A stretch of 64,000 bases of DNA, taken from NCBI RefSeq assembly GCF_006345805.1, contig NC_043008.1, positions 15,748,001 through 15,812,000 of the forward strand. The letters are read 5' to 3'. Below the pieces are notes generated by a model. It was not told the origin of the DNA. It was given only the letters and a program-made list of their open reading frames with translations, and searched no databases. Positions 40,470-52,990 of the stretch are shown in pieces (the stretch's first letter is position 1; each line of letters starts with the position of its first letter). Made by a program: the position numbers and the translations under genes. The stretch is from Octopus sinensis. Taxonomy: Eukaryota.

Positions 40470-43400
40470 ATGATCAAGATTGGTTGTGTAAATGCGCGTG
40501 GCTTGGGGTCCCCTTGGAAACAAGGGTACCTCTTAAATGACATAAAGTCACATAAGTTAGAAATCATAGCCATAAGCGAGACCAGACTCCACAATCCGCG
40601 GGCCCTAAAGACCATGTTTGGCGGACAGTTCAACATTTATTTTTCCCCCTGTCTGCCGAGAATGGGCGGTAGTGGCACCGCGGTACTTTTTCACAAGAGT
40701 CTGGATCTCAATGTAAGGACAATATTCGTAGACCCGGAGGGTAGACTGGTCGTCCTGGATGTCGACGGCAGCAATGGGTGCGCTTTTCGGCTCGTATCAG
40801 TTTACGCACCGCCCTTAACAGGTCGGGCGGATTTCTTTCAACGTCTAGAAGTTTTCTTGGGAACGTCTCGTCCTTTACTCTTAGTGGGGGATTGGAATGC
40901 TACCTTGGACACGCATGTAGACTACGTGGGTAGAGATAGGAATAGACGGGGATGCAAATGCCTCAGAGACCTGCTCAGACGCTTTCAACTGTCTGACAGG
41001 TTTCGACTAGACCACCCGAATGCGCCAACGTGGACATGGAGCAACCGCATCGGGTCGTCGAGATCGTATCTAGATAGGATACTGTGTAGGACAGTAGATA
41101 GAGATAGCATAGGATGTCCACAATTCCACATAGTCAGCTACACGGATCACAAACTTGTGACATGTACGCTAGACTTAGGTAAGACACTTAGGCAGGGTCC
41201 CGGATACTGGAAACTAAACGCGTCTTTCCCATCGAGACAAGTTTTCAGAGACCGGATTAGCACACTAGTAAAGAGGGCTTTGACGGGAGCCATCATCAAC
41301 AACAAATGGTGGTTTGCCCTCAAGAGAGCAGTAAAAGCAGAAGCGATTAGGTACAGCAAAGCACTAGCCATAGATAGAAATAGAGTAGAGGGTGAGCTAG
41401 TTAAGAAGCTAGAAGAGGCAATTAGAAGCGGCATCGCATCCGACGTTTTGGCGGCGAGGTTGGCCCTCGACCAACACTTCAACGCCAAACACGAAGGATG
41501 TGCTGTCAGAGCTAGGATGCGTGCTCTAAGGAACGAAGGTGTTGGAGCCGCGAGAGAGGCCCGGGTGGCAGAGGCGCAACAGGGCAACAAAGCCACCATT
41601 CGGTCACTGGTAGATGAACAGGGGCGCGAATTGCTCGAGCCAAGTAAAATGTGTGTGAGGCCTTTCAGCAGCATTTTGCCCGACTGTTCGGAACGAGTGG
41701 AGGGCAAGAACGTAGGGTGGACTTCAGTGCCTACCTACATAGCCTACCACGACTCTCGACAAGAAAGGCAGGGTGCTGCGAAGGTGCCATCACGGCGGCG
41801 GCGGAAGTGCGGGAAGCGATGGCAGAATGCTCGAGGGACAAATCACCGGGTTTGGATGGTCTACCCTACGAGCTTTACAATTGTATGCCAGACTTGTTTG
41901 GAGATCTCTTGGCGGCGGTGTACTGCAACTGGCAGCAAAACGGGAGCATTCCTGGTTTTGTGAGCCGAGGAGCCGTAACACTGCTGAAGAAAGATCTAAA
42001 CAAGGGAAATGTAATAGATAACTTTAGGCCCATCACTCTGCTTAATGCAGACTTGAAAATTTTGGCCAAGGTGCTAGCCAAGAGGTTGGCGCTTGTCATC
42101 GAGAAACTGGTCGACAAGGCGCAAACATGCGCCGTGCCAGGCCGGACCATCCATGACAACCTCCATCTGATGCGCTACATCATAGACAGGGTAGTTAACG
42201 AACCTGGCATGGGTGGGGCCTGATCAACTTGGATCAATCAAAAGCCTTTGATAGGGTAGACCATCGATACTTGGAGGCAGTCCTGAGAGCGGCTGGTTTC
42301 GGTCCCGTCTTCCGCGGCTGGATAGCTGCCTTGTACAGAGGCATCCGTTCGGTAATTCGCGTAAATGGACATCTATCGAGACCTTTCGACATTGCACGTT
42401 CGGTCCGTCAGGGATGCCCCCTCTCGGCGCTTCTATACGTATTGACTCTTGAGCCACTACTGCGGAAGCTGGCGACTCTAAGGGGCATCCCGCGAGAATT
42501 GGGATGCGGGACGAGCGTGTCTGCATACGCGGACGACGTCACCGTCATAGTGTCTAGCCACGAGCACATCGAGCTGGTCGGCGAGACACTGAAAAACTAC
42601 GAAGCGGTGACAGGAGCGAAAATCAACCGGGAAAAGTCAGTGGGCTTGCGACTAGGCACCTGGAGAAGCAAGCCCATGCCGTCCACCAGCGCCTCCGTCG
42701 TGGGACGCTGGACCGACGGCCCGGTTGAGTTGCTCGGGGTCTGGTTTGGTCCGGACCTCCAAGTGGAGAAGAACTGGAACGAGATAACGAGTAGGGTGGT
42801 CACTCTCGCCCGGCAATGGGCCGAGAGGAAACTGTCCCTAAAAGGTCGAGCGGAGGTGGCGAACACGTACATCGCGTCCGTCATCTACTACCGCCTGACC
42901 GTCGTACCTTGTCCCGACCCTACCATCACCAAACTACAACGCATCCTCTTTCGCTTCTTGTGGAAAGGATGCGTCCCGATGGTCAGGCGATCCATTTGCT
43001 GTCAACACCCGTTAAAAGGAGGGCTGGGCATGCCGTGGTTGATGATGCGCAGACACGCGCTGAGACTGCGACATCTCTGGCTCTATGTAGACGACGGTGA
43101 ACAGTGTGGTCGCCGTTTGTGAGGCACGCTTTCCCGCAGCTCGTCTCCATGACCGAACTGCAGTCGTGGATCAAAAAGAGGCCGAGGAAGGGCGAATGGC
43201 ACCGCGAGTGTCGCGTTGCTCTCAAGCAACTCTGCCGTCCTGGGTCGACCTTAAGTGACTTCAACACAACCAAAGCATTCTATAGGGGTTTAGTGGAGGG
43301 GAGGTACGACGACGAGCTCGGGGCGAACCTGGACGTCGACGAGGAGTACCTGACCCGCCTGTTCGGGACGACTTTCGGGCCAGGGCCCATGGACAACTTC

Positions 43401-43912
43401 CAGAGATCCCTGGCCTGGCAGTGCTACCGAGAAGCGCTACCCGTTCGGGATAAGCTCTACAGACACGGCTCGAGAAACACGGGGCCGACCTGCCCGAGAT
43501 GCGGTCAGAGCGACGAAACCGTTCTGCACGCACTCGTTCAGTGTCCAACAATTTCCGACCTGTGGGCTTATGTCGAACAACTGCTGTCACGTGTGGGACG
43601 AGTCGGTTTATCAGCTGAGTCTATCGTCAATATTGTCACGCCTCCTTCCTTCAAACGGGAAGGAAGAGCTATTTTCATCATCCTTGTGGCTATGGCGAAA
43701 GAATGTATCTGGTGGACGCGCGTCTGAAAGGATTGGAGACAAACACTTTCCTCTCTGGTCAATCTCTCATCAACTTCTTCAAGTACCACTTGAAAAGGAA
43801 AGTGAGAGTAGAGAGGCAAGTTTTGTCTAGCGAATGTTTTAAAAAAAGATGGGTGAATGTAGCAAGAATGGCACGTATGAATGACGAAGCCACCTTGAGC
43901 ATAGTCCTATGA
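40470..43912 (+). CDS. LINE ORF2: AP endonuclease + reverse transcriptase + C-terminal Cys/His domain (about 1146 aa after correcting four frameshifts)
   Basis: APE motifs NARGL, ISETRL, VYAP, GDWN, LDRI, TDH; RT motifs KSPGLDG, FRPITLLNAD, DQSKAFDRV, RQGCPLS, YADD (42526-42537); CPRCGQSDETVLHALVQC; frameshifts near 41650, 42220, 43104 and 43720. Confidence 0.92.
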
Positions 43913-44311
43913 ACCCAGAAATCGAAAACAGAGAGTTGCTTATTGCAAAAAAAAAAAAAAAAAAAAAAAAAAAGAAATATAAAATGTGACTTCATTGACC
44001 GAGGTTACCGTGGTCTTTTCCGCAGGCTTTTCTTTCCACGGGTAAACCCATGTCCTCCCCTTTACACTTCATATTGACATTTCTGTGATAACGACCCTAT
44101 TGATCATTTTTTTTTCCTCTTCCCCCCCCTTTTTTTTTTTTTTTTTTTAACCCCCCTTATTTTTGTCCTCTTTCTCTCTTTTACGATCCCTTGATCGAAC
44201 CTCCCCCTCCTTTTTTTTTTTTTTTTTTTTTTTTTAATACCTTCAAAAGAAAAGCTCTACCTTGTAATTTGTTCTATCTGTGTGCAGCCCTGTGTGGCTA
44301 ATAAAGAAACA

Positions 44312-44339
44312 TATCTATCTATCTATCTATCTATCTATC
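44312..44339. repeat. (TATC)7 at the LINE 3' junction
   Basis: Seven TATC units starting 7 nt after AATAAA. Confidence 0.95.
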
Positions 44340-45130
44340 ATTATGCATGTATGAATGTGTGTGCGTACGTGCGTGCGCGGATGTGTCGGTACGTGAGAAA
44401 CAGCGGCACATTTTCTCTCATAATTTATAAATTATATCGATTATATAGAAAAGCTGAATATAGCCCCCGTCGAAGAGAATTATTCGGAAATTGTCTATTA
44501 AAGTGAAGAACTCAACTTCAATTATAGAATGAGTTATATATAGACAAGTATTGTTTTATTATTTCCAGCTATAGCTGCAGAAGTCACGTATCTTGTTTTC
44601 ATTATTTTCCCATTTGTCAAACGTATAAATCGTTTAGCCGACATTCACTAAACTCCTACGCCATCTTTATAACATATTTCTCAAATTATCAAGAATATAT
44701 AAAATAAATGTTGAATTCTAGATAAAAAATATTGTAATATTCCATTTTCGACTAAGTAATTGTATATCAGTGCTTTTATTTTTACATTTCTGCGCAGCAT
44801 ACAGCTAGAAAAGAAAAATGAAATTGTATACATTATAACATATATTCGTGCATCTTTCAATAATTTCTTCTCTATCGTTGATGGTCTTTGTCTTGTGCAG
44901 TTAGTCTATCATCATTCTAGAATATTCCGACAATACCTATGCGTGTAATTTACTACGGCAGATATATTCTACAATACTCTACCGCAACGATTGTATCATA
45001 ATACCTGTGACAGCCATATTTAAGGCGAAAATGGAGCAGAAGTGAAAGGGAATGGTCACAAGAATCAATATGTTCCAACAGAAATGGAAGGTAAATCTTC
45101 GCCAAATTACGATGTCTTAAAAATACGATT

Positions 45131-45246
45131 ATATTTTGTATAAGGAATCACTGAAAAAGATGGGTTGAACTTGACTGGAAGCATTTTCATGCGAGCGTTT
45201 GACAGTAAGGGTAAACAGTATACATCAAAGACAAGAAATCCTACGT
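45131..45246 (+). repeat. 116-bp sequence, inverted copy 1 (partner at 48869-48984)
   Basis: 4 mismatches in 116 nt against the reverse complement of 48869-48984. Confidence 0.92.
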
Positions 45247-45841
45247 AAAGAAATACTGTCGTATATATATATATCTCTATATGTAAACGGCAAAATGTAT
45301 GTGTTTCTGTGAGCCTGTGTGTCTGTGTCCTTTATACAAATCCACAATTTGTCACGTAAAAGGCTCGTATTTTCTATTGGCTTCCAAAACTGTGTAGGGT
45401 GGTCGTGAAGAGCTTTTCATTTCCCCAGTCACCCCAGAAAGCCATTAAAAAATCGATAAAAAGACACCTTATGCCCCTAAGTTATGATCATATCCATTCA
45501 AAATCGCTAAAACATGGGAATTTCTACGCGGTGCGTGCGTACAGTTAGATACGCCACTGGTCTGCCAACTTCTTTTTGATTGGACGGAGATAATTTTACT
45601 TATGACAGTTGAATGCGCGTGCGCATTTGCATACAGTCTGTATGACTCAGCGAACTTTTGTGTTTTGCGAAGAGGGATTATCATGTGTTTTGGCTCTCAA
45701 ACCTGCACGATTTTTTGATTTGAGAAATGCAGGGAATAATAAACGAGTAAGAACAAGTGAATGACAAGAGAGCGGGATTTTCATGAAAGACCAAATATGA
45801 TTGACTAGCACTAGAACCGGCAACGCCGGGTCATAGTACTA

Positions 45842-45908
<67 letters not shown>

Positions 45909-45929
45909 ATATATATATAGTTGGAATAT

Positions 45930-46070
45930 ACAAAAAAACGAAAACAAAAGCCGAAGATGGGTGTGTAAACAACAAACAGATGCATTAGTTTAACGCTCGG
46001 GAAGTGACAAAGTCCTTTACGTTTCGAGCCTACGCTCTTCAACAGAAAGGAACACGCAATAAGCAAAATA
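45930..46070 (-). mobile_element. Short repeat with a hammerhead-like motif (copy 2)
   Basis: Minus strand CCTTT-CTGTTGA-A-GAGC(GTAG)GCTC-GAAAC-GTA-AAGG at 46013-46050; downstream sequence is homologous to copy 1. Confidence 0.7.
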
Positions 46071-46401
46071 ACCCCCCCCCACAAAAAAAAAGCAATGGTT
46101 TATAATATATGACTTGAGATGTCCGTTTTGCCTTAGTGTTTGTTGTCCTCTTTAACAAATATATATACGCTATCTCGGAAGTCTACAATGGTTCCATAAA
46201 TCCCGTCTCGGCTATGAACCTGGAGCCCTGGTAATTCGTTATAACACTTACCAGCCTGTGGAACAAACACCCATATTATATATTATCTAATATTAAAAAA
46301 TCCAGTGTTATAACCAATCAACAAAATCGTCTATAAAATCGTGTGACAGTTCACTACACAAAGAAATAAACACACACATACACATATTCATACGTACATA
46401 C

Positions 46402-46486
<85 letters not shown>

Positions 46487-47702
46487 AGTGCGTGTGTGTG
46501 TGTGCGTGCACGCGGGTGTACTAACATGGCAGAACTGAAAACCAATTGACGAGGATATTCCGTTACTCTCTACAGGACTCACAATTGAAAATGGGAAGTA
46601 CATTGCTTTGCAGAGATTGCAAGCCCAGGTTGGACATTCAAAGATTATTATACATCAAATGTTGTACATCATTGTTATTGTTAGAATTTGTTAGATAGGG
46701 CTTTATGAATGCATGAGCATAAAATCTTCTTTGTTGTGGTTTCCACATATGTTGTAAATGTTAGAATTCGTGTCTGTCACTCATGATATAATTGTTCATG
46801 TGTCTGGTTTGTGGTTGTATGTGTATTTTAGTGTGTATACATGTTGGTATATGTTTGTGTTAATGTGTCCATGAATGTGTGTGCATGTGTGCATGCCTAT
46901 GGTGTGATATATTCGTGGTATAAATTGTGACGGTTTGTTTTTGGCATTCTCAAATATACAGGTAAGAAGACGAATAGTCAGTGGTGTGTGTGTTTCTATA
47001 AATCGGTTGCTGTAGATCTGGATATTTAGGTCAATTAGTGTTAGAATAATTTTGCAGCAGTTCAGGAGTAGACACAGCAGATGTTTGGGTAATATCATCT
47101 ATGTATGAGTTCCCAGCTATCTTTTTTTTTTTAGGTTTTATCTAGTAATTGCTATAAAACATTAATTATCATTCAAAATGATAATTAATGTTTTATACGA
47201 ATTCCTGGATAAAAATTATGATGAAAAGTTGAGAGTGTCAGATGATGAAAAAACTCCATTTACACATGAACTAGTAATATTTAATTTTTATTTTTCAGCT
47301 TTGCATTGATAGCAATCATTAATCATTTTGAACTCTAGATAGAAACGGAAACATTGAAATAATTCTACTAAAATTTATACTAACTAAAAACTATAAAATT
47401 ATACAGTTAGGTTATGAGCTTTCAACTTGAATAAAGAGAAAAAAAATTATGATGTTCATAGTTACGTTGTGATACGTGCGAATTACAGCCGCATATCAAA
47501 AATGGCATGTCATATTTTTGGTGGAATTTAACAAAGCAGGATTTTGATAGACTGTAACAGCGTAGGAATTATCCGTATTTTAGGATTAGAATATTTTGCT
47601 TAATGTGAAAAAGATATTTCCAGTTATAAAACAAATTATTCATGAAAGAACTCGAACGTTGTGTAAACAACGTAAACAGTCTTGAAATTATTTACATATG
47701 CC

Positions 47703-47851
47703 CGTTGGCCATAGGGCGTAGTGGTTAAGAGCGCGGGCTACTAACCACCAAGATTCCGAGTTCGATTCCAGGCAGTGACCTGAAAAATAATAATAATGAT
47801 GATAATAATAATAACAACAATAACTATAATAACAATAAAAATAACAATAAC

Positions 47852-47883
<32 letters not shown>

Positions 47884-48075
47884 TGATAATAATAATAATA
47901 ATAACAACAACAACAACAACAACAACATCGGAAAATACCTTAGGAATGAGAACCCGGGTTTGACATCTCCCCAAGATGCCTGATGAATGCTCGAGGGTAT
48001 ATCAGCCGAAACATTGTGTTAACAACACATAAAATGAGGACAAATATACGTCAAATGTAAATAATGTAAATAATG
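47703..48075 (+). mobile_element. tRNA-headed SINE-like element with internal (AAT/AAC)n and a degenerate hammerhead-like tail
   Basis: A box ggcgtagtggtta (about 47714), B box gagttcgattcc (47758-47769); CTGATGA at 47980-47986 and GAAAC at 48008-48012. Confidence 0.65.
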
Positions 48076-48120
48076 AATGTAAACAAACTTGAAATTGTCC
48101 CCACCAAAGTATATAACGAA

Positions 48121-48280
48121 TACGAAGCGTACCAAAACGTTCGCGGATTAGATCTGTAACGCACCAATATTTGGAAGCACTCAGTTCCGTGCGCAGTAAG
48201 AGCTTGTAGTAACCTTCACGATGCAGTGTGCCGAGTGACCTCGCTGTGTTTAGTACGCACTCTGTGTAATTTGAGGGTTT
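48121..48280 (+). mobile_element. Mariner-type left TIR and subterminal fragment
   Basis: Starts TA-CGAAGCGTACCAAAACGTTCGCGGA, resembling TA-CGAGGG...AAAAGTT mariner TIRs; no partner TIR found. Confidence 0.5.
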
Positions 48281-48369
48281 CTAATCACATGTAAGATGTA
48301 GCCGACGAATTTCGTCATGAACAAGAAGCTGGAACAAATCACTGTCCTGATTGGAAATACAATATTTTG

Positions 48370-48868
48370 AGGATTGAGATTTAGTAAGTTTAATAAGGTA
48401 CAAAACTCTGATCTCCATCAAAATAAGATCTAATTTCAAAGCACTTGTTTGTAGCGCAGCAGCCAATTTGTGAAAGCCCCATAGGAGTCCTTCAATGTGT
48501 CCTCTTTCATCTTCTCCTTCAGCATTGGGGTACAACCGAATGTTAAAGGAAGCAAGTTCTGGAATGTAAGGAGAGCGACGGACAATTTTGATGCTCATCT
48601 CTGTCATGTACTTGGTTATCATGATAGTATTGAGAACTAGAGCACTCTCTTGGCGCACGGGCATTGATCTTTTGCGATTCAATTTCTGCTTAAAACCCCA
48701 CCCCCCAAAAAACGAACACAACGTATTTTTTGTTGACCATATGGCCAGAGGGAACCTAGTGTATGTAGGTGATGCATTTGCTGTCTCAAAAGAGGATCTT
48801 CATGAGCTTCTCTGCGGAATTGCTTTGCTTGGTCTCTTGTACAAGCAAAAAATTCATTCTCGGTTCAC
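48370..48868 (-). mobile_element. Mariner-like transposase 3' fragment (pseudogene)
   Basis: LMKILF*DSKCITYIH*VPSGHMVNKKY and QESALVLN...EMSIKIVRRSPYIPELASFNIRLYP are decayed forms of VFFDxxG...VPxGxTVN and HQDNAP...HPPYSPDLAPxDFWLFP. Confidence 0.75.
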
Positions 48869-48984
48869 ACGTAGGAATTCTTGTCTTTGATGTGTACTGT
48901 TTACCCTTACTATCAAACGCTCGCATGAAAATGCTTCCAGTCAAGTTCAACCCATCTTTTTTAGTGATTCCTTATACAAAATAT
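48869..48984 (-). repeat. 116-bp sequence, inverted copy 2
   Basis: See 45131-45246; followed by a 13-bp tandem duplication ttactagataaaa x2 (48984-49009). Confidence 0.92.
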
Positions 48985-49436
48985 TACTAGATAAAATTAC
49001 TAGATAAAACCACAAGCATTTCATATGTTCCCGTAACATTTTTGCGCAGTTAAACATAAACCTATATTCTTGTATTTTGGGATGGTCAGTATGATTTTTT
49101 GTTGCTTTCATTGCCATCCCTGTCACTGCCGCAGCTGTTGTCGTTGTTCTTCGTGTTGTTGATATTGTTGTGGCCGTCCGTGAAAATTCTTGAGTATGTG
49201 TGTTTGTGTGCGTATGTGTACTGGTTCGCTTCCTATGCTGTTTATATCTATGTCCCTTTTATAGGGATTTATTTATTTATTTATTTTATCTATCTCTATT
49301 TCTTACTTTTATCAAAAGTTCTGTAATATACCTCGTTAGTACTTCATACAAATATACAGTTGAAAATGTCGCCTTGTTGTGTTCTAAGCGTGTGGACACT
49401 ATTCTCTTTCTTTCTCTTATGTAGTTTCTCTGTCTC

Positions 49437-49476
<40 letters not shown>

Positions 49477-49587
49477 AGAACGTAGAATCCAAAATAGAAG
49501 GTCACCTTCGTTTTCCATGATATGCGAGAAACTTCACTCGTCCACCACAACTCCTTCATATTTGTAACGTTTTTTTTTTGCGCCCTT

Positions 49588-49826
49588 TTCAAGCCTAGTC
49601 AGGCTCATGGGCCCGGTTTCCCGGTTTCTATGGCGTATGTGTTCCCCAGCTGGAAGTGACACCAGTCCATCGCAGCGTTACTTACTTTTGCCAGCTGAGT
49701 GGACTGCAGAAGCGTAAAATGATGTGTTTTACTCAAGAACACAACGCGTCGCCCGGTCCAGGAATCGAAACCACAATCTTACGATCATGATGCTGACACC
49801 CTAACCACTAAGCCACGTGCCTCTAC
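49588..49826 (-). mobile_element. SINE family B copy
   Basis: Reverse complement of the family B head and tail. Confidence 0.9.
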
Positions 49827-51481
49827 TTGGTAACGTTTACTAAAACAAAACTTCAGGCCGTATAGCACTGGTAAATATATTCGCATATATCTTTACACAC
49901 ACTTATATACATAAACCAAAAAGTCCATATTATAAATATTTAAAAATACAAATAAGAGTTTGACACTGAAAAACATAAAACTAATTGCGAGTTAGCACGG
50001 CACACCTTTTTCGCTGAAAGGAAACGAAAATTAATCTCAACTTTAAGCAAAGATCAGTAATTATGATTAATGAAAAATAGCAAAGAAACCCTACAAATTG
50101 TCAGAAGTCAGTGGATATTGATAGGTTTCCTGGCGATCTGAGACAAAACTAAATCAGTCGTATGACATAGCTCAAACATGTCAAAGTAGAATTTAATGTT
50201 ACAGAATGTTGACAATTTCCCATAATCAAACGTTCTCAAAAAGAGGCAACTGCTCTTGAGTAGCTTTATATGAACCTCACCGTCACTACCCCATGGTGAC
50301 TCCGATGGCCTTCGTAATTAAGTGCGTTATTGCCACTAATTATGTCAGAACAAACAAAAACGAAATGACTTATTCATTGATAATTCTTTGTTCTTTGTTA
50401 CACTTGTTCATTCTTTTTCCTTAACGGCACAGTCCAGTTGAAGGTGACTTTAACTGTTATTTTATGCATGTCCAGGGACTAAATTCTTCGTCATGAAAAA
50501 CTATGGTAACAATGCAAGCAGTTTGGATACGAAGGAAAAAAACTGAATAAGGAAAAGAATATTTACAAGAAGTGTGGAAGCATAAAAAGGAGTAAATAAC
50601 ACAACGCAGATGGACGAAGCGCAACAGAAAATATTGTTTACTGATATATGAAATCAACACACAAAAATAAAGAAAATATATACAAAAAAAAAAGAAACAG
50701 AATAAGGTAGGTATATGTGAAGCTGCAGAATATCTAAACAGCTAATTATTGCAATACCCTACGGAGAAAATAATTCGAAATAAAAGGCTACGCAATGTTT
50801 ATACACACTATAATGTCTAATGAAAATAGAAAGAAATTATATAGAAAAATGTATGAGCAAAATAATTGAAACAGACGCACTATCCAAAAGAAGGAAATGG
50901 AAACGTTCTGAGAGAAAAATTAACTGTACGAGAAATACAATCCAATAAAGCAAACAAGGTCTTTCTCCACGACCGTGAATATCAGTAACAATTGATGGAT
51001 TTGGACAAAGGAGCTAAAACTTAGAAAGGAAAATAGAAATCGCATGAGATCGTCAAATTCTAGTAATTGTGGATGAAATAACAGAAGCGTAATTCTACAT
51101 GACAGCTTAACAAAAATATTAAATGTAATCTCCCTGACTGAATATCAAAGAAGACAACCGGTGTTTCTATTGAAGATTCTGCATTGCAGAATCATTCAAG
51201 GCTTCAGATTAACATAAAATCTACTGACTCAAATAATGATAAATGTAATATATATTTTGGTAGATGAAAACCTGTTATGACCCTACAAAAAGCTTCCTTG
51301 TACAAAACCAACGGGAGATTTGCCTTATCCTCTGCTTAGCAGAAATAGTAGCTAAGATCACAAAAGTAGTATGTTGTTATTTGTGGCCAGAAAGGATTGC
51401 ACACTTTGCGTTTATAATACATAAAGTTGATGGTCGCAGTCGAAAATAAGAGGGCCTGGGGATAAGCATTATAAACAGCGT

Positions 51482-51770
51482 GGAGGCACATGGCCTATTG
51501 GTTAGAGCTGCAGACCTCGCGACGGAGGGATCGCAGGTTCGAATCTCAGACCGGGCGATGTGTGTGTTTATGAAACACCTAAGCTCCACATGGCTCCGAC
51601 AGAAGGTATTAGCGAACTTCTGCTGACTCTTTGGCAACAAATTTTTCTCTCTCTTTCCTCCTGCATCTTGCGGCTCACCTGCGACGGACAGGCGTCCCAT
51701 CCAGGTGGGGAACATATACGCCAAGGAAACCGGCCCTTATGAGCCAGGCATGGCTCGAGATGGAACAAAC
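51482..51770 (+). mobile_element. SINE family B copy
   Basis: ggaggcacatggcctattggttagag...caggttcgaatctc head; ggaaaccggcccttatgagccaggc tail. Confidence 0.85.
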
Positions 51771-52191
51771 TACGTTATAAACAGCAACGGGACTGCAAAA
51801 TATAAACCTATGTCTGCAATAACCTACCGAATTTTGTTACATGAGCTCCGGTTAATAACAAAATAAAGAATGTTTTAAAATGGGACCACTTATCCCTGAC
51901 GGGGAAAGGGAATACTTCAACATTTAAAACCTCAGACAACATGCTGCTTATTGTGTTAGATATAGAGAAGTCAAATATATGTCGAGGTTGTAGGAAGCCT
52001 TCACAATTATTTTTGCTATGAGAAATGTAGAATAATGTCGCACGAAGCAGCGTTGAATGAAATATATTCGCGTAAACTCATATTTAGCACGTTCGAGTAA
52101 ATTCGAACGTGAGAACATTTGCTGCAAAAAGATTTCGGGGAGAAAATACTCGTCCCAGAAGACATGTTTGAGAGTATATAGGGAGCCGTGA

Positions 52192-52557
52192 AAGGCAGCG
52201 AGCTGGCGGAACCGTTAGCACGCCGGGCGAATTGCGTAGCCGTATTTCGTCTGCCGTTACGTTCTGAGTTCAAATTCCGCCGAGGTCTACTTTACCTTTC
52301 ATCCTTTCGGGGTCGATAAATTAAGTACCAGTTACGCACTGGGGTTGATGTAATCGACTTAATCCTTTTGTCTGTCCTTGTTTGTCCCCTCTGCATATTG
52401 CCCCTTGTGGGTAGTAGAGAAATGTATATTTTTAATGTCTGTTGGTCGATAAATTAAGTACCAGTTGCGCACTAGTGTCAATGTAATCAACTTACTTCGT
52501 TCGTCTGTCCATGTTTGTCCCCCCTATGTTCAGGCCCTTGTGGGTAATAAAGAAACA
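52192..52557 (+). mobile_element. SINE family A copy plus a partial second unit
   Basis: Full head and body, then a repeat of the gtcgataaattaagtaccag...gtgggtaataaagaaa block. Confidence 0.9.
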
Positions 52558-52759
52558 TATAGTGGGCCGTGAACGGCGTCATTGGATCGCAGAAGTCATA
52601 CAATCTTTCTACTCATCAATTACGCAAACCAGATTTATTATTTACTTCTTGATAAGGACGAATTCATTTTTTGTCGAGTAACATCAGTGTATTTGCTGGT
52701 GTAAAGTTTGGACAAACTAGAATTAAATAAAGTCGTACGTAATAACGAATAAAATATAT

Positions 52760-52990
52760 ATTTCTTTACTACCCACAAGGGGCTAAACACTGAGGGGACA
52801 AACAAGGACAGACAAATAGATTAAGTCGATTACATCGACCCCAGTGCGTGACTGGTACTTAATTTATCGACCCCGAAAGGATGAAAGGCAAAGTCGACCT
52901 CGGCGGAATTTGAACTCAGAACGTAACAGCAGACGAAATACGGCTACGCATTTCGCCCGGCGTGTTAACGTTTCTGCCATCTCGCCGCCT
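52760..52990 (-). mobile_element. SINE family A copy, tail-to-tail with 52192
   Basis: Reverse complement of the family A unit. Confidence 0.92.

Larger units (their letters stand above)
38783..44311 (+). mobile_element. Near-full-length L1-group (Tx1-like) non-LTR retrotransposon
   Basis: Two-ORF layout, about 400-nt 3'UTR, AATAAA at 44300-44305, (TATC)n on both flanks; GC- and CpG-rich compared with the flanks. Confidence 0.93.

Noticed and set aside
39161-43995. Many overlapping antisense and alternative-frame ORFs within the LINE
   Set aside because: Expected by-products of GC-rich or low-complexity coding sequence; no independent motifs.
50560-51230. A-rich stretch with fragments (WIWTKELK, TEYQRRQPVF) reminiscent of an R4/Dong LINE C-terminus
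   Set aside because: Needs several frameshifts and lacks the CCHC and RLE residues; cannot be supported without an HMM search.
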